Positions 30,835 through 41,527 of a stretch of DNA of 64,000 bases are shown here, piece by piece. The stretch covers positions 352,001-416,000 of the forward strand of contig CAVSGM010000001.1 of the NCBI GenBank assembly GCA_963727485.1, in the 5' to 3' direction. The position numbers were made by a program, and so were the translations under genes. This stretch comes from an uncultured delta proteobacterium (lineage in GTDB: Bacteria > Myxococcota > Myxococcia > SLRQ01). A model generated the notes under the pieces. It ran no database searches, was not told the DNA's origin, and worked only from the letters and a program-made list of their open reading frames with translations. Position 1 is the first letter of the stretch. Each line of letters begins with the position of its first letter.

Positions 30835-31614
30835 TTGGCGCCTTTCCGGCCGCCGGACTTCGCGGTCTTCGTCGTCTTGGACGCGGTGGGCTTCTTGGCG
30901 GCCTTCTTGGCGGCCGGCTTCTTCGCCGGGGCCTTCGTGGCCGGGGCCTTCTTGGAGGCCTTCTTGGCCGCGGGCTTCTTCGCCGGCGTCTTCTTGGCGG
31001 CCTTCTTCGCCGGGGCCTTCTTCGCCGGGGCCTTCTTCGCCGCGGGCCTTCTTGGCCGCGGGCTTCTTGGCCGCGGGCTTCTTGGCGGCCGGCCTGGCCG
31101 CCTCGGCCTTCGCCGGCGCCGCCGGCTGGGCGGGCGGCACCAGGGCCAGGTCGAGCTGGTCCTCCACCGCCACCGGCGACAGGTCCAGCACCTGGCCCAG
31201 CTCCTCCACCAGGAGGGCGCGGACCTGGTCGTAGGTGTCGCGCTCCCGCTGGGGGAGGGCCCGGAGCTCGGAGAGGGCGAAGAGGTTGCGCAGGACCTCG
31301 ACCATGCCCTCGAGGCCCCCGTGGGTCGTGCGCTCGAGGTGGTCCTTCTGGCGGGTCTTCCAGTCGAGATCGAGGTCGTGCTCGCTGTCCCGGAGGAACA
31401 CCAGGGCGGCCCGGGCCTCGTCGGGGCTCGCCAGCGGCCGGACGCCGATGGTCTCGGCCTTGGCCCTCGGCACCTTCACCGTCGCCCCGTCCCGGGCGCG
31501 GACCAGGGTCACGAACTCGGCGCGGTGGCCACCGATCTCCATGGCCTCCACGCCCTGGATCCGGCAGATCCCCTGGTTGGGATAGACGACCTGCGCTCCC
31601 GCCTCGAGCTTCAT
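30831..31614 (-). CDS. carD: CarD transcriptional regulator with histone H1-like K/A/P tail (one frameshift)
   Basis: VVYPNQGICRI, KVP....IGVR, DWKTR; extra base at 31047-31048 in the AAKKP repeats; corrected frame ends KSGGRKGAK-TGA. Confidence 0.88.
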
Positions 31615-31692
31615 CGGCGCATCCTCCGGCGCCCGGATACCATGGGGACCCGAACGGATCCACCCCGGCCCGGGGGCCGGCGGCGGCGCCCG

Positions 31693-31890
31693 CTAGCGCT
31701 GGGCGAGGGCCTGGTGCGAGAGGCGGGGCAGGAGGACCCGGAGGCGGGCGTCGACCTGGGCCTCGATGCGGTGCTCGACCTGGTGGACGCCGGGCGTGGG
31801 GGCCGGGGCGTCGGCGCGGGCGAAGGCGGTGGCGCCGGCGGTGCCGACGAGGGCGGTAGCGAGGGCGGCAGCGGCGAGGATGCGCTTCAT
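31693..31890 (-). CDS. Small secreted hypothetical protein
   Basis: MKRILAAAALATALVG...ARA signal peptide; GGAG upstream. Confidence 0.55.
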   Translation of the reverse strand: MKRILAAAALATALVGTAGATAFARADAPAPTPGVHQVEHRIEAQVDARLRVLLPRLSHQALAQR

Positions 31891-32005
31891 GGCGGGCTCC
31901 GTGTGGGGTCTGGGTCGCCTCCAGGCGACCTGCACCTACACCGTGCCACAGGGTAGGACCCGGTCAACTTTTCCCCCGGGGCGGCCAGGCGGTAGGCTCG
32001 GGCCC

Positions 32006-32311
32006 ATGCGACGCCTCGTCCCCGCCCTCGTCCTCGCTGCCGCGGTCCTCGCCCTCGGCGGCTGCAAGTCCACCGATGACGCCGTGAACCAGGCGGCGGA
32101 GTCGGTGACCACCGCCACCCCTCGCGCCGGCGAGGCCGCCGAGCTCGGCCTCCTCCGCGGGCAGATCGACCTCTACCGGCAGATGCATGCCGGCAAGGCG
32201 CCGCCGAGCCTCAAGGCCATGAGCACCCTGCCGCGCCTCACCTACGGCGACGACTACGTCTACGACCCGGCGACCGGCCAGGTGCACTCCAAGCGCTTCC
32301 CCGGGATCTAG
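32006..32311 (+). CDS. Small lipoprotein
   Basis: Lipobox LGGC; C-terminal IDLYR...PPSL..YVYDPATGQV loosely pseudopilin-like. Confidence 0.7.
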   Translation: MRRLVPALVLAAAVLALGGCKSTDDAVNQAAESVTTATPRAGEAAELGLLRGQIDLYRQMHAGKAPPSLKAMSTLPRLTYGDDYVYDPATGQVHSKRFPGI

Positions 32312-32333
32312 AAGCCGGCCGCGGCCCCGGGCG

Positions 32334-34331
32334 TCACTTCTTGCGCAGGCGCCCGAAGAGCCCGCCCTTCTCCTTCTCCTCGCGCATCTTCATCACCCGG
32401 AGCTGCTGCTGGGCCTCGGCGTGGGAGGCGTCGCACTCCACGGTGCGGCGGAAGCGCTTCTCGGCCTCGGCGGCGTCACCCTCCTTGAGGGCCATCATCC
32501 CCAGGAAGTAGTGGGCCGACGCCATGTCGCGGTCGCTCGAGAGGGCCCGGTCCAGGTCCTGCTTCGCCGCGCCCATCGCCGGGTTGCCCTCGGCGAGGTA
32601 CCGGGCGTAACCCCGGTAGGCGTAGAACTCCGCCTCGGTGTGGTCGAGGGAGATGGCCTCCTCGAAGTGGGCGAGGGCGTCGGGGATCCGCCCGGACTTG
32701 AGGAGCCGCTCCCCCTGCTGGAAGAGGTCCTCGGCCTGGAGGATGGCGGCGACGTCCGTGGGCAGCCCCTTGGCCTTGCGGTCGAGGTAGACCTCGTACT
32801 CCTTCCGGGCGTCGGAATCGGTGAGCACCCGCTTGGCCTCGCCGATCTTCTGGAAGATCTCCTCGAGGTTCGGCGCCGCGTCCCCGAGCTCGAGGCCGGC
32901 GAAGCGGTCCGTGTGCCAGGTCCGGGCCCGGTCCAGGTAGGCCTTCTGCACCGCCTCGGCATCGGCGCTCGGGCCCACGCCCAGGACCTGGAAGTGGGTG
33001 GCCTCGGCGAGGCGCGCCTGCTCGGCGGTGATCCGCGCCCGGGCGTCCTGCTCCTCGGCGGTGAAGCCCCGGGCCGGAGCCGCCGGGGCCGCCGGGGGGG
33101 CGGCGACGGTGGGCGCCCGGGGGGTGGCCGGGGCCGAAGGCGCCGCCGGCGCGGTCGCGGGGGCGCTCACCCCGGCCGCCTCGCCGGCGTCCGCCGCCAT
33201 CGGCGCCCGGTCCAGCCGCGCCAGCCCGGTGGCCACCAGGGCGAAGAGCAGCGGCAGATCCTCGGTGCGGCTCTCGTCGAGGACCTCGCCCACCGTCCGG
33301 CTCCCGTCGACCAGGATCGTCAGGCGCTCGCCGCGGGTGGTGCTCCGGAGGATGTAGGTCTCCCGCTGCATCAGCGGCGTCGGGTGGAGGTAGACCGCCC
33401 GCCGGGCGCCGAGGAAGCCCTGGAGCGCCGCGGTGTCGTAGAAGCGCCGCACTCCGTCGACCACCGCCGCGAGGGGGTGGACCTTGTGGTCGGGGACCGT
33501 GCCGGCGCCCTTGGGATCGGGCTGGTAGCTGGCGGTGCCGTCCCCCCAGCCGATGCTGGCCACGGCGATCTCCCGGACCTGGGCGGTGGCGGCCTGGGCG
33601 ACCTCGCCGGCGGTCATCGCGCCGGTGGCGGTGAGGGCGTCGCCCAGGGGCACCCGGTGGCTCTTGGCGTGGGCCACCGCCTGGCGGAAGGCGCCGGCGT
33701 CGAGGGTGCCGGCGGCGACCTGCATCCCGCCGGCGTTCTCCTGGGCGAGGTTGCTGACGGCGTAGCGGATCTGGCCGAAGTGGAAGGTGAGCCGCCGCCG
33801 GACCTGGCCCCGGGTGAGCTCGAGGTGTCCCGAGGCCCGCCCCTCGTAGAGCCGGGCGTAGAGGCGATAGACCGGTTGCTGCCGCAGGTCGGTGGAGAAG
33901 GCCTCGAGCTTCGGCTGCGGGGCCGTCCGGGCGGGGCGCCTGGCCCGGGACGAGGGCGGGGCCATCCCCAGGCGCCGGGCGAGGATGCCCTGGAAGCTCT
34001 CGGCGTCGAAGGGCTTCTGGAGGAAGTCGGCCTTGAGGTTGGCCCAGAGGTCCCGGGCGATGGTGCCCTTCTTGTACACCCCGCTCACCGCCACCAGCGG
34101 CACCGAGGCACCCCCGGGGAGCTTGCGGATCTCCGCCCCCAGCTTCATCCCATCGCTCCCCGGGAGGAGCAGGTCGAGGACCACCAGCTGGGGCTTCTCG
34201 GCGGTGAACCGGGCCACCGCCTGCTTGCCGTCTTGCTCGACGACCGGCTCCAGGTTCATCGCCCGGCACAGCGCCGCCATCACCTCCCCGGCACCGGGGT
34301 CGTCGTCGACGATCAGGACCTTGTGCGCCAT
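32334..34331 (-). CDS. Receiver - DUF4388-like - J-like domain - TPR protein
   Basis: MAHKVLIVDDD, VLDLLLPG; SGHLEL..GQVRRRLTFHFGQI; HFQVLGV...WHTDRF; C-terminal TPRs. Confidence 0.85.
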   Translation of the reverse strand: MAHKVLIVDDDPGAGEVMAALCRAMNLEPVVEQDGKQAVARFTAEKPQLVVLDLLLPGSDGMKLGAEIRKLPGGASVPLVAVSGVYKKGTIARDLWANLKADFLQKPFDAESFQGILARRLGMAPPSSRARRPARTAPQPKLEAFSTDLRQQPVYRLYARLYEGRASGHLELTRGQVRRRLTFHFGQIRYAVSNLAQENAGGMQVAAGTLDAGAFRQAVAHAKSHRVPLGDALTATGAMTAGEVAQAATAQVREIAVASIGWGDGTASYQPDPKGAGTVPDHKVHPLAAVVDGVRRFYDTAALQGFLGARRAVYLHPTPLMQRETYILRSTTRGERLTILVDGSRTVGEVLDESRTEDLPLLFALVATGLARLDRAPMAADAGEAAGVSAPATAPAAPSAPATPRAPTVAAPPAAPAAPARGFTAEEQDARARITAEQARLAEATHFQVLGVGPSADAEAVQKAYLDRARTWHTDRFAGLELGDAAPNLEEIFQKIGEAKRVLTDSDARKEYEVYLDRKAKGLPTDVAAILQAEDLFQQGERLLKSGRIPDALAHFEEAISLDHTEAEFYAYRGYARYLAEGNPAMGAAKQDLDRALSSDRDMASAHYFLGMMALKEGDAAEAEKRFRRTVECDASHAEAQQQLRVMKMREEKEKGGLFGRLRKK

Positions 34332-34336
34332 CCGCC

Positions 34337-36811
34337 CTAGCGTACCTGAACTTCCAGGGGCATGAGGGCCAGGGGGCGATCCTCCCCCAGGGTCCAGGCC
34401 ATGGGGCCCAGGGCCTTCAGGGCCGCCTTCACCGCCGGGGGCACCGTGGGCGCCCGTTGGCCGAGGACGCTCGCCAGGAACGCCAGGGGCCGGCCCTTGC
34501 CGGTGAACGCCGCCAGGGGCCCGGTCTGGCCCGAGAACACCGCCACGTTCACCACCTCGTCGTCGGGGATCCCGGCGTCCTGCTTGGCCAGGCGCACCGC
34601 GTCGGCGAAGCTGCCCAGGGTGTCGACCAGGCCGTGCGCCTTGGCCTGGGCCCCGGTCCACACCCGGCCCCGGCCCACGGCGTCGACCGCGTCGTCGCTC
34701 ATCTTCCGCCCGGCGGCGACCCGGGAGACGAAGAGGTGGTAGCCGGCGTCCACGAAGGTCTGCATCTGCTTGCGCTCGTCGTCGCTCCAGGGGTGGTTGG
34801 TGCCCATGATGTCGGCGTTCTTGCCCCGGAGGATCGTCTGCACGTTGATCCCCAGGTGCCGGTAGAGGCGCTTGAGGTTGAAGTGGGTGGCGAAGATGCC
34901 GATGGAGCCGGTGATGGTCGAGGGCTCGGCGACGATGGTCCGGGCCGCGGCGGCGACGTAGTACCCGCCGCTGGCGGCCACCGAGCCCATGGAGGCGATG
35001 ACCGGCTTCTTCCGGTTGGCCTGGCTCAAGGCCCGCCACATCAGGTCGGCGGCGTGGGCGTCGCCCCCGGGGGAGTCGATGCGGAGGATGATGGCGGCGA
35101 CGTCGGGGTCGTTCGCGGCCCGGCGGACCGCGTCGACCACCGTGTCCGAGCCGGTGGCCTTGGTGAGGGTCAGGGGCCCGCTGGGGGTGTCGCCCTGGAG
35201 GATGAAGCCGTCGACGGGGATCACCGCCACCACCGGGCGGCCGCCCCAGGGCCGGTCGGCGTAGCGCCGTCGGGCGTAGTTGCCCAGGAGCCGGACCCGG
35301 TGGCCGCCGGAGGCGAGGAGCGTGGGCAGCTGGTCGGGGTAGCCGATGGCGTCGACCAGGCCCGCCTGCTTGGCGGCGGTGGCGTCGAGGACGCCGCGGT
35401 CGAGGGTGGCCTTGAGGTCGGCGGGCTTGAGCTTGCGGCCGGTGGACACCGCCTTGAGGTACCGGGGGAAGGTGTCGTCGAGCAGCGCGCCGGTCACCTC
35501 GCGCTGGGCGTCGCCCATGCTCTGCCGGGTGAACTCCTCCGGGGCGTCCTTGTACTTGCCCACCCGGACGTACTCGGCGTTCACCCCGAGGTTGCCCAGC
35601 AGCTCGCCGTAGAAGGTGGCCGAGGCGGCGAAGCCGTTGACCAGCATGATCGCCCCCGGGGCGGCGATGACCCGGTCGGCGACGCTGGCGAGGTAGTAGG
35701 TGGGGTCGTCACAGCCGTCGAGGTAGAAGGCGACCTGCTTCCCCGCGTGCTCGAGGCGCAGGAGCGCCTGGCGCAGGTCCTCGGCGCTCGCCATGGAGAG
35801 CTTGCCGCCGCTGGTGCGCAGGACCACCCCGGTGACGTCCGGGTCGCGGCGCATCTGGTCGAGGAGGCGCACCAGGCTCACCAGGGGCTGGCTGGGGCCG
35901 CGCTTGAACAGGGAGAAGCCGGGCCCCGAGAGGGCGTCGTCGAGGTTGAGCTCGACCATGCCCCGCCCGGCGACCAGCGTCCGGTAGCGGGCCGAGGAGA
36001 GGCGGATGCGCACCGCGCCGTCGCCACCCTGGCGGTCGGCGGTGGCGGGCATGGCCCCGGTGACCCCGAGGTGGGCGAGGTCGAGGGTGAGGCCGGCGAG
36101 GACCCGGGTGCTCCCGGCGCCCAGGGGCTGGGAGACGGTGCCCTCCAGGGACAGGCCGTCGATCACCCGGAGGTGGAGACCGATGTCGAGGCGCCCGTCG
36201 CCGCCGAAGGGATCCTCCTTGCCGCTCCACACCCGGTCGACGCCGGCGACGATGCGCCCGTCGAGGAAGTTGAGGCCCAGGCCCACCCGGTAGTTGGGGG
36301 TGATGGCCAGGCTCCCGAAGTCCTGGGCGGTGGCGGCCAGCGAGAGGAAGGAGAACGGCCGGGCGGTGAACCCGAGGTCGTAGCTCACCTTGTCGTTGAG
36401 GGCCGCGGGGCCCTTCCAGGTGCGGACCGCGGCGCCCAGGGCGAGCTGGTCGGTGCCGGCGGCCAGGGTGAAGGTGGCCCGCCGGTTGTTGGGGATCCCG
36501 GCGCCGCGCATCCACCGCAGGGAGAGGCCGGCGGCGAGCCCGGGGATCCCGGCGACATAGTGGGCGCCCACCGACCAGGCGTCGGTGCCGGTGCTGTTGC
36601 CGGCGCGCAGGAGGTCGAGGTCGAAGGCGGTGCCCCGGACGAAGCCGATCCCGGCGGGGTTCCTGAGGTCGGCGTCGGCGCCGTCGGCGGTGGCGGCGGT
36701 CATCCCCGGGACCACCAGCCGGGCGTCGAGGGCGGGGTCGTCGGCGCGGGCGAGGCGGGGGAGCGCGGCGAGGAGGAGGGCGACGAGGAGCAGGGAGGCG
36801 TGGCGCGACAT
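34337..36811 (-). CDS. sppA: Signal peptide peptidase SppA (S49, two-domain) with N-terminal extension
   Basis: VGKYKDAPE, LRIDSPGG, AASGGYY, TITGSIG, GRVWTGAQA..GLVD. Confidence 0.92.
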   Translation of the reverse strand: MSRHASLLLVALLLAALPRLARADDPALDARLVVPGMTAATADGADADLRNPAGIGFVRGTAFDLDLLRAGNSTGTDAWSVGAHYVAGIPGLAAGLSLRWMRGAGIPNNRRATFTLAAGTDQLALGAAVRTWKGPAALNDKVSYDLGFTARPFSFLSLAATAQDFGSLAITPNYRVGLGLNFLDGRIVAGVDRVWSGKEDPFGGDGRLDIGLHLRVIDGLSLEGTVSQPLGAGSTRVLAGLTLDLAHLGVTGAMPATADRQGGDGAVRIRLSSARYRTLVAGRGMVELNLDDALSGPGFSLFKRGPSQPLVSLVRLLDQMRRDPDVTGVVLRTSGGKLSMASAEDLRQALLRLEHAGKQVAFYLDGCDDPTYYLASVADRVIAAPGAIMLVNGFAASATFYGELLGNLGVNAEYVRVGKYKDAPEEFTRQSMGDAQREVTGALLDDTFPRYLKAVSTGRKLKPADLKATLDRGVLDATAAKQAGLVDAIGYPDQLPTLLASGGHRVRLLGNYARRRYADRPWGGRPVVAVIPVDGFILQGDTPSGPLTLTKATGSDTVVDAVRRAANDPDVAAIILRIDSPGGDAHAADLMWRALSQANRKKPVIASMGSVAASGGYYVAAAARTIVAEPSTITGSIGIFATHFNLKRLYRHLGINVQTILRGKNADIMGTNHPWSDDERKQMQTFVDAGYHLFVSRVAAGRKMSDDAVDAVGRGRVWTGAQAKAHGLVDTLGSFADAVRLAKQDAGIPDDEVVNVAVFSGQTGPLAAFTGKGRPLAFLASVLGQRAPTVPPAVKAALKALGPMAWTLGEDRPLALMPLEVQVR

Positions 36812-36869
36812 GGCCCGCACATACCGAGGGTCCGGACCGGTGTCCAGGGCACCCGGGAGCGGCCCCGGC

Positions 36870-39515
36870 TTACACCCCGGCCGGTCGCGACACCTGGAAG
36901 TAGCGGACCTCCTCGCGCAGGGCGTCGGCGGCGGCGTCGAGGCTCCGGGCCGCGGTCTCCAGGCGCGCCGCCCGGGACTGGCTCCCCTCGGCGACCTCCT
37001 GCACCCGCGTGGTCTCCTCGAGGAGGGCCCCGGCGCCGCCCTCGAGCTCCCCCACCGCGCGCTCCACCGTGCCCAGGTGGTCGGCGGTGGCGGTGAAGGC
37101 GTCGAGGAGCCGGCGGTTCCTGGCGGCGATGCCGGCGACCACCTCGCTCATCTGGCCGTTGAGCCGGGCGATGCGCGCCACCGCCTCCCGGGCTCCGTCC
37201 CCGGCGGTGGCCTGGTCCCCGGCGAGGCCGGCGATGCGGCTGGCCATGGCGGCGACCTGGTCGATCTCCCGGGTCACCTCGCCCACGGTCTCCGACTGGG
37301 CCTCGGTGTCCCGGGCGATCTCGATTGCCGCCTGGGACGCCCGGGTCGCCGAGAGGAGGATCCGGCCCAGGGAGTCCTCGGCGGCCCCGGCCAGCGACAC
37401 CCCCTCGGCGACCCGCTGCTCGCTCTTTCGGATCACCGCCACCGCCTCGGCGGTGGCCCCCTGGACATCGGTGATGGTGCCGGCGATCTCCCGGGTGCTG
37501 GCGGCGGTGCGGGTGGCGAGGTCGCGGACCTCTCCGGCGACCACCGCGAAGCCCCGGCCGTGCTCCCCGGCCTGGGCGGCGATGATCGAGGCGTTGAGGG
37601 CCAGGAGGTTGGTCTTCTCGGCGATGTCGTCGATCACCGCGAGCACCCGGTCCACCTCGCCGATGCGACGGGTGAGGGCCTCGACCTGGGTGGCGGCCTC
37701 GGACGCGCCTTCGCGGATGCGCTCGATGCCCTCCACGGTGCGCTGGACGTTCACCGCCCCCTCGTGGGCCACGGTGATGGTCTCCTGGGCGGCGTCGGCG
37801 GCGCCCCGGGCGTGGGCCCGCATCCGCTGCAGGGCCCCGTCCACGTCGGTCACCGCCTGGTTGGCGCGCTGGGCGGCCCCCGAGAGGCCCCGGACCTCGG
37901 TGGCCACCTGGGCGGCGTCCCGGGAGATGCCGGCGACGGCCTCGGCGGCCTCGGCGGCGCCCAAGGCGAGCTGCTCCACGTCCCGGGCGAGGTCGTCGAA
38001 CTCCTGGCCGAGGCGGGTCGCGGACTCGGTCCCCTCGCCGAAGGTGCGGGCGAGCTCCCGCACCCCCGCGGCGACCGAGCGGAGGTTGGCGTCCATCTCC
38101 TCGATGGCGGCCACCGAGGTGCTCACCGCTTCGGCCTGGGCCGTGGCCCCCCGGCCAATCTCCTGGGACTGGTCGAGGCTGGCGCTGGCCGAGGCCCGCA
38201 CCCGCTCGGTGAGCTCGGCGACCCGGGTGATGATCTCGGCCAGCCGGCTGCGCATCCGGTCGACGTGCCCGGCGAGCTCCCCGACCTCGTCGTCGGAGAG
38301 CACCCGGCCCGCCGCCGGGGCGAGGTCGCCGCGCGCCACCCGGGAGGTGTCGGCCACCACGTCCGCCAGCGGCGCCCGGATCCCGAGGGCGGTGAGGGTG
38401 CCCACCCAGCCCATGAGCAGCATCGAGGCGACGATGAGCAGGATCACCGCGGTGCGCGCCGCCAGGAGCCGGGCCTCGACCTTCTCCCGGGCGACGACGG
38501 CCAGGCCCACCTCGCCATGGCCGAGCGGCGCCCAGACCACGACGTCCAGGGTGTCGGCGACGAGGGTCCAGCCCGGGCCCGGGGGGCGGTGCCGGAAGGC
38601 GTCGAGGGCCACGGCGCGCGCCACCGCCTGGGATGCGCCGTGGCGGACGCGTCCGTCCCGGACGATGCCCAGGCGGACCTCGGGCCCCACGGCGCGGGCG
38701 GCGCGGGCGAAGGCCGCGGACCGGGTCGCCGGGGGGGCGCCCGCCGCGTCGAGGTCCGCCACCGGGCCGAGCGCCAGGGCGGTCACCGTCTCGGTGTCCT
38801 GGCCCACCTCGGTGGTGAGGGCGGTGTCGGCGAAGTGGAAGGCGAGGGTGCCCACGAACACCGAGGGCAGGAGGGTGGCGGCCACCACCAGGGAGGCGAT
38901 CTTCCGGGTGAGGGTGGTGCGGGGTCCGGGCCATTCGGGGACCCCGAGGTCGTGGAGCACCCGGGTCACCGGCGCCAGGAAGAGCCGCTCGCCGCTGGAC
39001 TGGGCCAGCGCCAGCCAGGTGGAGATGAGGAAGCCGAACACGATCGCCGTGAGGGCGGTGTTCGCCGGGAGGCCGACGTAGCGGTAGCCGTACCAACCGG
39101 TGAAGGTCACCGAGAGCCCGCCGGTGACCGCGGCCCAGAGGGCCATGATCCTCGGATGCCAGAGGACCTCCCGGGCCGCCCGGGTCACCTGGTCGTCGGT
39201 CGGGGCGCGGCCTGTCTCGAGGGTCCGGGCCAGGTCTCCGAGGCTGCGGCTCGCCGCCAGGGCCACGAAGCCCGCCAGGAGGATGACCGAGCCCACCGAC
39301 CCCAGGAAGGCGATGAGCAGCGCCCGGAGCCGCGCCCCGTGGAGATCGAAGAGGTAGGGGAAGGCGATCCAGCCGCCGCTCGCCACCCCGGCGGCGCTGA
39401 GCCAGTGGACCACCACCAGCCGGGTCCGGATGCTGGCGATACGGTGCCCCGCCGCCTCGGGGGGAAGCGGAGCTCCGGCGCCCGGCGGGGGCGCGCCCGT
39501 AGGGACAGGCGGCAC
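36870..39515 (-). CDS. Methyl-accepting chemotaxis protein, long signalling domain
   Basis: Several TM segments, HAMP (DEVGEL), [30 protein letters not shown]; start uncertain. Confidence 0.92.
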   Translation of the reverse strand: MPPVPTGAPPPGAGAPLPPEAAGHRIASIRTRLVVVHWLSAAGVASGGWIAFPYLFDLHGARLRALLIAFLGSVGSVILLAGFVALAASRSLGDLARTLETGRAPTDDQVTRAAREVLWHPRIMALWAAVTGGLSVTFTGWYGYRYVGLPANTALTAIVFGFLISTWLALAQSSGERLFLAPVTRVLHDLGVPEWPGPRTTLTRKIASLVVAATLLPSVFVGTLAFHFADTALTTEVGQDTETVTALALGPVADLDAAGAPPATRSAAFARAARAVGPEVRLGIVRDGRVRHGASQAVARAVALDAFRHRPPGPGWTLVADTLDVVVWAPLGHGEVGLAVVAREKVEARLLAARTAVILLIVASMLLMGWVGTLTALGIRAPLADVVADTSRVARGDLAPAAGRVLSDDEVGELAGHVDRMRSRLAEIITRVAELTERVRASASASLDQSQEIGRGATAQAEAVSTSVAAIEEMDANLRSVAAGVRELARTFGEGTESATRLGQEFDDLARDVEQLALGAAEAAEAVAGISRDAAQVATEVRGLSGAAQRANQAVTDVDGALQRMRAHARGAADAAQETITVAHEGAVNVQRTVEGIERIREGASEAATQVEALTRRIGEVDRVLAVIDDIAEKTNLLALNASIIAAQAGEHGRGFAVVAGEVRDLATRTAASTREIAGTITDVQGATAEAVAVIRKSEQRVAEGVSLAGAAEDSLGRILLSATRASQAAIEIARDTEAQSETVGEVTREIDQVAAMASRIAGLAGDQATAGDGAREAVARIARLNGQMSEVVAGIAARNRRLLDAFTATADHLGTVERAVGELEGGAGALLEETTRVQEVAEGSQSRAARLETAARSLDAAADALREEVRYFQVSRPAGV

Positions 39516-39583
39516 CCCTCGATTGTCACCGCTGCCACCCGGGGCCGTCAAAGCCCTGGATCAGGTCCTGACACCGCGCCGCG

Positions 39584-40838
39584 TCAGAAGTAGGACTTCA
39601 TCTCCAGGTAGGCGGTGGTGGGCGTCAGCCCGAACTCGCTGCGCACCGTGAGCTGCTCGGGGCGCCGGCCGCCGCCGTAGTAGAGGCCGCCGTCGACCTC
39701 GGCGTTGTCGCCCACCGACCAGGCGCAGCCCAGGCCGGCGAGGGCGCTTGGGTCCCCGAGGTTGGCCACCACGAAGGCGCTGACGTGGACGATGGGCGTC
39801 ACCTCGTAGTCGGCGGAGGCCGCCGCGTAGGTGCGCCCCAGGGCCCAGACCTCGCCCCGCTGCACCCGCGGTGAGAGGGCCAGGGCCAGGTAGCCGGCGG
39901 GGGAGGTGGCGCCCAGGGTCTGGAGGTAGGCCTCGGCGGAGAGGCGCAGCGATCCCCACTGCCGGTCGGCGCCGATCACCGCGCGGACGAAGGGCGAGCC
40001 GCCATCGGCGGGGTAGGTGAGGGTCGCCTCGCCGCGGACCCCGAAGGCGCCGAGGCTCCCGGCGGTGTCGAGGCCCACCACCGCGTCGCCGTGGACCAGG
40101 GCGGTGAACAGGCCCACGTCGAACACGCCCAGGGTGAACCCGCTGCGCACGGCGAACACCGTGCCCGCCTCGTCCCAGCCGCCGGCGTAGGTGGCCACCG
40201 CGGTGAGCTGCCCGGAGGTGCCGAAGTAGAAGTCCCCGCGCACCGCGTCCACGCCGGGCTTGTACTCCCGGTCGATGGTGGTGGGGGTGAAGGGCGCCAC
40301 CAGGTCCTCGGGGTTGAAGAAGAAGGTGGTGCCAAACGAGATCGGCTGGCGGCCCACGGTGAGGGTCAGGCCCGGGGTGGAGGCGGCGACGTAGAGGCGG
40401 TCGAAGCGCAGGTTCACCGCCAGGGCCCGGTTCGTCGTCGCCGCCCAGGAGAGCTTCACCGCCTCGGGGGTGCCGCCGCCGGCGCCCAGGCTGGCCCCGG
40501 GCAGGGCGGTGAGGTCGGCGGAGAGGCTGGTGGTGGTGAGGATCGGGTGGACGACGTACTTGAGGTGGCTGCCCAGGCGCCCGGTGATCCGCAGGCGCAG
40601 GTCCAGGGCGGCCTCGCCCAGGGGGTCCTGGGGCAGCAGCGGGCTGTCGTAGGGGAAGATGCCGACGACGAAGGTCTTCACGTCGCCGCCGACGCTGGGC
40701 AGGAGGCCGTCGGCGCGGGCGGCCGGCGGCGCGCGCCCCGAGCGCGGCGACCACCGCGAGGCCCGCGAGGCACGCGGCGGCGCGCCCGCGGGGGGCGGCC
40801 CCGCGCCCGCCCGCGCCCCTCGGCCGCGCCGGGCTCAC
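39584..40838 (-). CDS. Probable outer-membrane beta-barrel protein (frameshift ~40735)
   Basis: Signal peptide in one frame, mature part in next; DRLYV, TVGRQPISFG, FNPED, KPGVDA; terminal aromatic YLEMKSYF. Confidence 0.72.
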
Positions 40839-41518
40839 TTGCGCTGGTCCTCCTCGACCTGCCCGTCGACCAGGCGCACCACCCGCTGCGCGTGGTCCAT
40901 GACCTTGGGGTCGTGGGTGGCGAAGACGAAGGTCACCCCGCGCTCGGCGTTGAGGCGGTGCATGGTCTCGATGAGCGCGTTGCCGGTCTGGGAGTCGAGG
41001 TTGGCGGTGGGCTCGTCGGCGAGGACCAGGGCCGGCGCCCCGACGATGGCCCGGGCCACCGCCACCCGCTGCTGCTGGCCGCCGGAGAGCTCCGAGGGGC
41101 GGCGCTTGCCCATCCCCCCGAGGCCCACGTCCTCCAGGATCTTCTCCACCTTCTCCCGGCGCTCCTTCTCGGGGACGCCCCGGAGCAGGAGCACGAACTC
41201 GGCGTTCTCGTAGGCGGTGAGCACCGGGATGAGGTTGTAGGCCTGGAACACGAAGCCCAGGTGGTGGAGGCGCATCCGCGAGAGGTCGGAGGCCTTCATC
41301 TTGGAGACGTCGGCGCCGTCGACCACCACCGAGCCGGCGCTGGGGGTGTCGAGACCCCCGATGAGGTTGAGGAGGGTGGTCTTCCCGGAGCCCGAGGGGC
41401 CCATGAGGGCGGTGAACTCGCCGGCCTCGATCTCGAGGTCGACGCCCCGGAGGGCCTGCACCGTGACCTCGCCCTGCTGGTAGCTGCGCTTCACGCCGTG
41501 AACGCTGACGATGGGCAT
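40835..41518 (-). CDS. LolD-like ABC ATP-binding protein
   Basis: GPSGSGKT, LSGGQQQR, LADEPTANLD, ATHD. Confidence 0.95.
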   Translation of the reverse strand: MPIVSVHGVKRSYQQGEVTVQALRGVDLEIEAGEFTALMGPSGSGKTTLLNLIGGLDTPSAGSVVVDGADVSKMKASDLSRMRLHHLGFVFQAYNLIPVLTAYENAEFVLLLRGVPEKERREKVEKILEDVGLGGMGKRRPSELSGGQQQRVAVARAIVGAPALVLADEPTANLDSQTGNALIETMHRLNAERGVTFVFATHDPKVMDHAQRVVRLVDGQVEEDQRK

Positions 41519-41527
41519 GATCGACTC

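Noticed and set aside
31929..31948. TGGCACG upstream of the small secreted gene as a sigma54 promoter
   Set aside because: The GC lies 2 bp too far from the GG
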